Assembly (NCBI GenBank): GCA_965203445.1
Contig: OZ241883.1
Coordinates: forward strand, 224,001-288,000
Reading direction: 5' to 3'
Length of the DNA: 64,000 nucleotides
Origin: Candidatus Oxydemutator sp.
GTDB lineage: Bacteria; Pseudomonadota; Gammaproteobacteria; Poriferisulfidales; Oxydemutatoraceae
This document shows, one piece after another, positions 57,198-64,000 of this stretch. The notes below the pieces were generated by a model. It was not told the origin of the DNA, ran no database searches, and saw only the letters and a program-made list of their open reading frames with translations. Numbering within the stretch: position 1 is the stretch's first letter; every line of letters begins with the position of its first letter. Made by a program: the position numbers and the translations under genes.

Positions 57198-59273
57198 ATG
57201 AAAATAACCGAACTCAAAGGCGTAGGCCCCGAGACCGCGGCGCGCCTCGAGAAACTGCATCTGCGCTCGATCGAAGACCTGCTGTTTCACTTTCCGCTGC
57301 GCTACCAGGACAAGACGCGGGCGCTGCCCATCGGCGGCCTGCAACCCGGGCGGGCGGCGTTGATAGAAGGCAGCGTCCACGCCGCGCACGTCGCCTACAC
57401 CGGGCGACGCGTGCTCGTCGTGCAGGTCGGCGACCGCAGCGGCTGGCTGCAACTGCGGTTCTTCCACTTCTCGACGGCGCAAAAAGCGGGCTTCAGGCCG
57501 GGGCAGAAACTGACCGCCTACGGCGAAGTCCGCGCGACGCGCGGCACGCTCGAGATCATCCATCCCGAATACCGCCTGATCGGCGCGCACCGCGCGGCGC
57601 CGCTGGAACGCCACTACACGCCGGTGTACCCGGCGACCGAGGGGCTGGCCCAGAAAAGTCTGCGCCGCTTGGCGCGCGCGGCCGTGGAATGGTTTCAAAA
57701 ACCGGAGAACCGGCTCGAGGAACTGCTGCCCGACGAAGTGACGCGCGAACTCGGCGCCGCCGGGGCGATACCGACACAGGAGGCGTTGCGCCTGCTGCAC
57801 GAGCCGCCCGCCGGCACCGACTTGGCGGCGCTCACCGAGGGACGCCACCCGGCGCGCAAACGCCTGGCGTTCGAGGAATTGCTCGCCAACGTCCTGAGCC
57901 TGAAGAGGCTGCGCGCCAGACAACGACGCCACAAAGCATGGGCGCTCGACTGCGAAGGGCGCTTGTTTCGGGAGTTGACGCGCGCGCTGCCGTTCGCGTT
58001 GACCGCGGCGCAGCACAAAGTCATCGGCGAAATACTGGAAGACGCGCGCCGCGAATCGCCGATGATGCGCCTGGTGCAGGGCGACGTCGGTTCGGGCAAG
58101 ACGCTGGTCGCCACGGCCGCGTTGTTGCAGGCCATCGAGGCCGGCTTTCAGGCCGCGTTGATGGCGCCGACCGAGATCCTCGCCGAACAACACTACGACA
58201 ATCTGCGCGAACTGCTCGCGTCGTCCGACGTGTCCGTGTGCGTGTTATCGAGGCGTCACAAGACACGCGCGCGCCAAGCGGCGCTGCGGCGCATACGCAG
58301 CGGCCAGGCGCGGCTGATTATCGGCACCCACGCGTTGTTCCAGGAAGCGGTCGACTTCCCGCGCCTGGCGATGATCGTGGTGGATGAACAACACCGCTTC
58401 GGCGTGCACCAGCGGCTGCTGCTGAAGGAAAAAGGCGCCCACGGCGAGGTGCGCCCGCACCAACTGATCATGACCGCGACGCCGATCCCGCGCAGCCTGG
58501 CGATGACGATGTACGCCGATCTTGACTACTCGGTGATAGACGAACTGCCGCCCGGACGCAAGCAGATAAAGACCGTCGCGTTGCCGGAAACGCGCCGCGA
58601 CGAGGTCATCGCGCGCCTGCACGAGTCGTGTCGCGGCGGCGCGCAGGCGTACTGGGTGTGCCCGCTGATCGAAGAATCCGAATCGCTGCAATGCCGCGCC
58701 GCCGAGGCGAGCCACCGCCACTTGTGCGGCGTCATGCCCGATCTCAAGCTCGGCCTGATCCACGGCAATCTGCACGGCGACGAGAAAGAGGCGGTCATGC
58801 GCGCGTTCAAGGACGGCGCCGTCGACGTGCTGGTGGCGACGACCGTGATCGAGGTCGGGGTGGACGTCGCGAACGCGACGCTGATGATTATAGACAACGC
58901 CGAGCGCCTGGGGCTTGCCCAGCTCCACCAGCTGCGCGGGCGCGTCGGTCGCGGCCGGCGCCAAAGCTCATGCGTGCTGATCTACGCGCCGCCGTTGTCG
59001 GACAAGGCGGCGCGCCGCCTCCGCGTGATGCGCAAGTCGAACGACGGCTTCGAGATCGCCGCCGAGGACATGCGCCTGCGCGGCCCCGGCGAGATTATGG
59101 GCACCCGCCAAGCCGGACAGATCCACTTCCGCGTCGCCGACCCGTCGCAGGATGCCGAGCAGGTGCAGCAAGTGCTGAAGGTCGCCGACGACTTCGCCGC
59201 GCGCCATCCGCGCCGCGCCGAAGAACTGACGAAACGCTGGCTTGGGAAATTCGCCCGCTACGCCGAGGTGTAA
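57198..59273 (+). CDS. recG: ATP-dependent DNA helicase RecG
   Basis: QGDVGSGKT, DEQHRFGV, MTATPIPR, QLHQLRGRVGRG. Confidence 0.97.
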   Translation: MKITELKGVGPETAARLEKLHLRSIEDLLFHFPLRYQDKTRALPIGGLQPGRAALIEGSVHAAHVAYTGRRVLVVQVGDRSGWLQLRFFHFSTAQKAGFRPGQKLTAYGEVRATRGTLEIIHPEYRLIGAHRAAPLERHYTPVYPATEGLAQKSLRRLARAAVEWFQKPENRLEELLPDEVTRELGAAGAIPTQEALRLLHEPPAGTDLAALTEGRHPARKRLAFEELLANVLSLKRLRARQRRHKAWALDCEGRLFRELTRALPFALTAAQHKVIGEILEDARRESPMMRLVQGDVGSGKTLVATAALLQAIEAGFQAALMAPTEILAEQHYDNLRELLASSDVSVCVLSRRHKTRARQAALRRIRSGQARLIIGTHALFQEAVDFPRLAMIVVDEQHRFGVHQRLLLKEKGAHGEVRPHQLIMTATPIPRSLAMTMYADLDYSVIDELPPGRKQIKTVALPETRRDEVIARLHESCRGGAQAYWVCPLIEESESLQCRAAEASHRHLCGVMPDLKLGLIHGNLHGDEKEAVMRAFKDGAVDVLVATTVIEVGVDVANATLMIIDNAERLGLAQLHQLRGRVGRGRRQSSCVLIYAPPLSDKAARRLRVMRKSNDGFEIAAEDMRLRGPGEIMGTRQAGQIHFRVADPSQDAEQVQQVLKVADDFAARHPRRAEELTKRWLGKFARYAEV

Positions 59274-59576
59274 TCAGCCGTACGTGCCGATGGCCATCGT
59301 CACCAGAAAAATAACGAGCAGCAGCGCCAACGCGACGAACGCCGCGCCGGCCCAAGGGGAATCCAGACAGCGGCGCCACGCGACGGCGCCGCACGCGAGG
59401 CCCGCGACGGTAACGCAAAACGCCGCCCAGTACAGCGCGAACACGCAATCGCTCCGGCAGGCGCGCGTATCGAAGGTTCCCGACAACAACTGCGCCACGA
59501 GCACGACGGTCAAAAGCCAGCCGGCGACGGCGCTCGAAACGAGGCTCGAAACGAGTATCGCGTCTTTCGCGTTCAT
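59274..59576 (-). CDS. Small membrane protein of unknown function
   Basis: About 100 aa, three hydrophobic segments with a CxxxC between helices 1 and 2; start uncertain. Confidence 0.6.
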   Translation of the reverse strand: MNAKDAILVSSLVSSAVAGWLLTVVLVAQLLSGTFDTRACRSDCVFALYWAAFCVTVAGLACGAVAWRRCLDSPWAGAAFVALALLLVIFLVTMAIGTYG

Positions 59577-59647
59577 ATGATTATTGGCCCGAGATGTAAC
59601 GCCGGCCATTGTATCATCGCGGATGGAGTGTAACAGCCCCTGTACAT

Positions 59648-59800
59648 GGCCCATCCTCTCCTAGGGGGAGAGGATTACAGGGTTCTCGGCCCAGCTTCTC
59701 GGCCCAGCTTCTTCGGCCCATCCTCTCCATAGGGGGAGAGGATTACAGGGTTCTTGGCCCGGCCTCTTGGCCCAGCTTCTCCTAAGAGGGAGAGGGTTCG
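59648..59800. repeat. Duplicated ATCCTCTCC-N-GGGGAGAGGAT hairpin unit plus short GGCCCAGCTTCT repeats
   Basis: GGCCCATCCTCTCC(C/CA)TAGGGGGAGAGGATTACAGGGTTCT occurs twice, followed by a third degenerate copy. Confidence 0.8.
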
Positions 59801-59861
59801 GATTGTTAAGCTTTTACAGTCTCCGCGTCGCCGGCTATGGGGCGCCTGTTATTCTGTACCT

Positions 59862-60533
59862 ATGGAACGCATCGTCGAGCCGGAACTGATGGAGGACGCG
59901 GCCCAGGCGCGCGCCTACGCCGCCGCCGACTTTGAGCGTGCGCACTCCATGATCATGCGGTGTTTCGCGCGCTGGCTGCCCGAAGTCGGCGGCGCGTTCG
60001 ACGCCGTCGACCTCGGTTGCGGCGACGCCGACGTCGCGGTGCGCCTGGCGAAAATGCACCGGTGCGCGCGCATCGTCGCGGTCGACGGATCGCGTGAAAT
60101 GCTGCGCCACGCGCGCAAGCGGCTTGCGCGCGAGCGCCTTGCGGGGCGCGTGCGGCTGGTCGAGGCGGTGCTGCCGCACGTGCCGCTGCCCGAGGCCGGT
60201 CACGACGTCATCGTATCGAACAGCCTGCTGCACCATCTGCACGACCCGCGGGTTTTGTGGAGCACGGTGCGGCGTCTCGGCAAGCCGTCGGCAAGCGTGT
60301 TCATCGCTGATCTGGCGCGCCCGGCAAGCCGCGCGTGCGCCGCGACCCTGGTCGAACGCCACGCCGCGCGCGAGGCGCCGGTGCTCAAACGCGACTTTTA
60401 CAACTCGCTGCTCGCGGCCTTCACGCCGCGCGAGATCGAGGATCAGCTGGAACGGGCCGGGCTTGCGCGCCTTTCGGTAAGGCGCATAGACGACTACCAC
60501 GTGGCCGTCTGCGGCGGTATGGACGCGCAATGA
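59862..60533 (+). CDS. Class I SAM-dependent methyltransferase
   Basis: MERIVEPELM, VDLGCGDAD, SNSLLHHL, DFYNSLLAAF. Confidence 0.9.
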   Translation: MERIVEPELMEDAAQARAYAAADFERAHSMIMRCFARWLPEVGGAFDAVDLGCGDADVAVRLAKMHRCARIVAVDGSREMLRHARKRLARERLAGRVRLVEAVLPHVPLPEAGHDVIVSNSLLHHLHDPRVLWSTVRRLGKPSASVFIADLARPASRACAATLVERHAAREAPVLKRDFYNSLLAAFTPREIEDQLERAGLARLSVRRIDDYHVAVCGGMDAQ

Positions 60534-60547
60534 CCAGGCGCCCCGCC

Positions 60548-60624
60548 TGGTAGGCGCGGCTGGACTCGAACCAGCGACCCCCACCATGTGAAGATGGTGC
60601 TCTAACCGACTGAGCTACGCGCCC
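60548..60624 (-). tRNA. tRNA-Val (anticodon CAC)
   Basis: GGGCGCGTAGCTCAGTCGGTTAGAGCA-CCATC-TTCACAT-GGTGG-GGGTCGCTGGTTCGAGTCCAGCCGCGCCTACCA: cloverleaf with TTCGA loop and encoded CCA. Confidence 0.96.
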
Positions 60625-60666
60625 TCAACTCTGCGCCGCGCGCGGCGGCTTGTACACGACGGCCAA

Positions 60667-60996
60667 TCAGTCGCGGCTTCTGGCCAGCGCGTCCTTGGCG
60701 ATCTCGTTGGCGTAAAAATCACGAATGCTGGCCACCGATTCCAGACGGTTGGCGCCGGAACCGACCAGGCACACGCCGTTCTTGTCGCATCCCCACAGCA
60801 GATACGGAGTGAAGTCCTTGAGATCGTCCGGAAACTGATCGCGGTGCGGCACACCCGCCACTTCGACCTTGTCTCCAGAACCGGCCTTGCGCAATTCCTG
60901 TTTTATGCGGGCCAACTCGGTCTTGAGGTCGCCCGCGTCGCGCCCGTCCCATTGGCCGACGACCTCGCCGGCTTTGGTAACAATGTCATCCGACAT
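60667..60996 (-). CDS. Hypothetical protein (109 aa)
   Basis: Protein-like composition (FPDDLKDF...LWGCDKNGVCLVG); upstream -10-like TATAAT. Confidence 0.7.
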   Translation of the reverse strand: MSDDIVTKAGEVVGQWDGRDAGDLKTELARIKQELRKAGSGDKVEVAGVPHRDQFPDDLKDFTPYLLWGCDKNGVCLVGSGANRLESVASIRDFYANEIAKDALARSRD

Positions 60997-61156
60997 GAGA
61001 TGGAACCCCCGATGGATTTGATAAAGGTACGGATTATACCCGCGACGACGGCGGATGCAATCGGCGCCCGCGCCCGTCGCGGATGCCGCGCCGTGCTATA
61101 CTCGTTCGAGCACCCTCAGGAAGTGGGGGAACCGCAAAAGCGAGAACACAACCACG

Positions 61157-61357
61157 ATGACGAAACAGGAAAAAATCCAGGCGCTGTTGGAGATGCAAAA
61201 GCGCTTTCTGGAAAAGGAAAAAAGCGACGGCGTGTCCATGGAGGAATACTTCGCCCCCTCCGACGACTCGCCGTTACACGGCTACACCAAGGATTACAAC
61301 GACCTCGCCATGGAGATCGTGGACGACGCCCACAAGGAAGTGGGGTCGAAACGCTGA
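61157..61357 (+). CDS. Small hypothetical protein (66 aa)
   Basis: MTKQEKIQALLEMQKRF...AHKEVGSKR; TATACT upstream. Confidence 0.7.
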   Translation: MTKQEKIQALLEMQKRFLEKEKSDGVSMEEYFAPSDDSPLHGYTKDYNDLAMEIVDDAHKEVGSKR

Positions 61358-61379
61358 ACGCCGCGCCGCGCGTCAACGG

Positions 61380-61700
61380 ATGCGGCTGAAAGTAACCGCC
61401 GCCGGGCGCACCCGTGAGATGGAAGTGCCCGAGGATCTGCTGGTCGAGGCCGAGGATTTCTTCACCCGCCTCGACGCCGACATGGATCGGGGTTGGCAAA
61501 TGAGCCGCCGTTGGGTCGAAAACCCCGACGTCGTGCAACGGTGCCAGATTCTCGCCGACCGCATGTTGACCGCGTGGCACAAGGAAGACCCGAAGATGGC
61601 CGGCCTCGCCGCCGCCTACATCTTAAAACGCCTGCCCGGCACCCGCCACGTGACGATAGACACCGACGGCGACATGACCTTGACCCGCTTCGACGGGTAG
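61380..61700 (+). CDS. Hypothetical protein (106 aa)
   Basis: FFTRLDADMDRGWQMSRRWVENPD...RCQILAD; co-oriented with the preceding small gene. Confidence 0.72.
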   Translation: MRLKVTAAGRTREMEVPEDLLVEAEDFFTRLDADMDRGWQMSRRWVENPDVVQRCQILADRMLTAWHKEDPKMAGLAAAYILKRLPGTRHVTIDTDGDMTLTRFDG

Positions 61701-61744
61701 CACGACGCTCGGACCGGCGGCGACTAACCTCGGGTGGAAGCGCG

Positions 61745-63067
61745 CTACGCCGCCCCGGCGCTCGGCGGCGGGCCGGCGACGAGGCGCCGGACGGCGCCGG
61801 TCAACCGCGCCAGCTCGTCGTCGCCGATCACGTACGACGGCATCAGATAGACCAGGTTTCTAAACGGGCGTACCCAGACGCCCTGCTCGGCGAAGGCGCG
61901 GCACCAAGCGCCGACGTCGACTTCCCGCTCGAGCTCGACGACGCCGACGGCGCCTAGCACGCGCACGTCGCGCACGCCCTCCAGCCGGCGGCACGGCGCA
62001 AGCCCCTCTTCAAGCAGGTTCTCGATACGCGCGACGCGCGCCCGCCAGTCCCCTCGCGCGAGCAAATCGAGGCTGGCGCAGGCGGCGGCGCAGGCGAGCG
62101 GGTTGGCCATGTAGGTCGGGCCGTGCATCAGGACGCCGGGGTCGCCGGCGTCGAGGACGTCGCTGACGCGGGCGTGGGTGACCGTCGCCGCGAGGCTCAA
62201 ATAACCCGCGCTCAGAGCCTTGCCGACGCACAGAATATCCGGCGTCGCGCCGTCTCCTCCGGCGGCGTGTCCGGCGTGTTCGAGCGCGAACATCTTCCCG
62301 GTTCTGCCGAAACCGGTCGCAATCTCGTCGAAGATCAGCAACACGCCGTGGCGGTTGCACAGACGGCGCGCGTGCTCCAGGTAGCCGGCGCCGTATATGC
62401 GCATACCGCCGGCGCCCTGCACCACCGGTTCGAATATCATCGCCGCGGTTTCGTGCGCGTGGGCCTTCAGTTTGCGCTCGAGATCGGCGACGGCCTCGTC
62501 GTCGCAGCCGCTCCCGCAGCGTGGCGCGCGCGCGAAGATCTGCCTGGGCAACGTTCCCTCGAACAGGTGGTGCATGCCGCCCACCGGATCGCAGACCGAC
62601 ATCGCCGCGAAGGTGTCGCCGTGATAGCCGTAACGAAGCGCCAGCAGCCGCGTTTTGCGCGCTTCGTTCAGCGCGCGCCAGTATTGCAGCGCGATCTTGA
62701 CCGCGACCTCGACCGCCACCGAACCCGAATCGCAAAAGAAGATTTTGTCGAGCCCCGGCGGCAGCACCGCGCACAGTTTTCTCCCCAACTCGACCGCGGC
62801 CGGGTGCGTCAGCCCGCCGAACATCACGTGCGCCATGCGCCCGAGTTGGCGTGTGACGGCGTCGTTTATCTGCGGATGGTTGTAGCCGTGGATCGCGGCC
62901 CACCACGACGACGTACCGTCCACCAGCCGCCGCCCGTCGGCCAGTTGCAGATGGACGCCGCGCGCGGCGACCACCGGCAGCGCGGCGTCGGCGGCGTTCA
63001 TCGCGCTGTACGGGTGCCACAGGTGATCGCGGTCGAAAGCCGCCATCGTCTCGTCGAAGCCGGTCAT
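61745..63067 (-). CDS. bioA: Adenosylmethionine-8-amino-7-oxononanoate transaminase
   Basis: HLWHPY, SSWWAAIHGY, SGSVAVEVAVK, FDEIATGFGRTG, HGPTYMANPLA. Confidence 0.96.
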   Translation of the reverse strand: MTGFDETMAAFDRDHLWHPYSAMNAADAALPVVAARGVHLQLADGRRLVDGTSSWWAAIHGYNHPQINDAVTRQLGRMAHVMFGGLTHPAAVELGRKLCAVLPPGLDKIFFCDSGSVAVEVAVKIALQYWRALNEARKTRLLALRYGYHGDTFAAMSVCDPVGGMHHLFEGTLPRQIFARAPRCGSGCDDEAVADLERKLKAHAHETAAMIFEPVVQGAGGMRIYGAGYLEHARRLCNRHGVLLIFDEIATGFGRTGKMFALEHAGHAAGGDGATPDILCVGKALSAGYLSLAATVTHARVSDVLDAGDPGVLMHGPTYMANPLACAAACASLDLLARGDWRARVARIENLLEEGLAPCRRLEGVRDVRVLGAVGVVELEREVDVGAWCRAFAEQGVWVRPFRNLVYLMPSYVIGDDELARLTGAVRRLVAGPPPSAGAA

Positions 63068-63094
63068 CGGCCCGTTCACGCCGGCGCGGGAATA

Positions 63095-63484
63095 TCAGAC
63101 GTCCGCGATGGGCGGATGGTAGATCATCTGCACGCGGTTGCCCGCCGGGTCGCGGCAGTAGAAACTGCGCGCGCCGTCGCGGTGGGTTTTCGGCGACGCC
63201 TCGACGGCGACGTCGTGCGCCGCCAGAAAGCGGTGCCAGGCGTCCACGTCGCCGGCGCGCCGCAACACGATGCCGACGTGGTCGAGCGCCCCTCCCTGCA
63301 CGGCGTCGCGTGCGCGGTGCAGCGCGAGGTTGTCCGCGCCCGAAGTCAGATAAACGTTGTCGTCGTCGGGACGCCACTCGACGCGGTAGCCGAGCAACCC
63401 GACGTAGAATTGCTCGCAGGATTCGAGGTCCGCCACGACCAACGCAACGTGGCGCAACCCGGCGATTGCAGGAGGGGTTTCCAT
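63095..63484 (-). CDS. VOC/glyoxalase family protein
   Basis: GLRHVAL, LDHVG, HRDGARSFYCRDPAGN. Confidence 0.9.
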   Translation of the reverse strand: METPPAIAGLRHVALVVADLESCEQFYVGLLGYRVEWRPDDDNVYLTSGADNLALHRARDAVQGGALDHVGIVLRRAGDVDAWHRFLAAHDVAVEASPKTHRDGARSFYCRDPAGNRVQMIYHPPIADV

Positions 63485-63677
63485 ATTCCATGGGTGGTCG
63501 TTCGTCGGCTATTTTATACCGCCTATCGCAAAACGCGACGCCAAGCGCCGATACCGGCGTATGTTTTGCCCGCCCCGAAAGAGGCAAAGTTTCAGCCGTG
63601 AAATCAGGTACAATGCATACATTACGCCCAAACGTGGCAACGTGTTCCACGCACTTTCCGCCATGAGGCCGTCGCTG

Positions 63678-64000
63678 ATGAAATCAGAGCGCACCTATCG
63701 CAACAAAGTTTTTTATCAATCGGCGGAAAGGATGGCCGAATTGCCGGATGGCGTCGTGCAGCTGGCGGTGACCTCCCCACCGTACTTCAATATCAAGGAT
63801 TATTCGCAAAACGGCTACCAGGATAGTCGGCACTCCGCACCGGAAGGGGATGACATCGGCGGAATCAACGATTACAAAGCGTATCTTGAGCACCTGCTGT
63901 GCGTGTGGAAAGAGTGTGAGCGCGTGCTCAAACCAAACGGCAAATTGTGCGTGAACGTGCCTCTGATGCCGATGCTGAAAAACGACGTAGCGACCCACTA
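63678..64000 (+). CDS. DNA N4-cytosine/N6-adenine methyltransferase (partial, runs off the window)
   Basis: Manual translation MKSERTYRNKVFYQSAERMAELPDGVVQLAVTSPPYFNIKDY...ECERVLKPNGKLCVNV, with the catalytic SPPY motif first (beta class). Confidence 0.88.
   Translation, partial: MKSERTYRNKVFYQSAERMAELPDGVVQLAVTSPPYFNIKDYSQNGYQDSRHSAPEGDDIGGINDYKAYLEHLLCVWKECERVLKPNGKLCVNVPLMPMLKNDVATH

Noticed and set aside
60548-60624. tRNA-Val as an island attachment site
   Set aside because: No adjacent integrase and no duplicated tRNA 3' end seen in the window.

Overview
This is high-GC gammaproteobacterial DNA from a probable sulfur oxidiser: a complete reverse-type dsrABEFHCMKLJOPN operon lies at 41.8-54.1 kb. 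A host-associated lifestyle (for example a sponge symbiont) is only inferred, from the giant cadherin-like adhesin. The housekeeping backbone comprises polA, thrB, a TRAP transporter, dapF-DUF484-xerC-hslVU-DUF971-ubiEJB-uvrD, rpoZ-spoT-ridA-recG, tRNA-Val(CAC) and bioA. Accessory DNA interrupts it at several points. (1) A ~5,145-aa modular adhesin has locally hypervariable modules. (2) Three dispersed, repeat-expanded coiled-coil proteins with C-terminal membrane anchors share a conserved non-coding motif ~100 nt upstream of their starts. (3) An internally deleted tnpB sits between perfect 30-bp inverted repeats with no transposase. (4) A lower-GC, translationally coupled operon of SF1 helicase, DarT-like ADP-ribosyltransferase and ADP-ribosylglycohydrolase is the best candidate for an undescribed defence or toxin-antitoxin system; it is inserted between a dsr-linked TauD-like gene and an orphan Cas6. 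(5) A DNA methyltransferase begins at the right edge. All calls come from reading motifs by eye, and no database searches were run.
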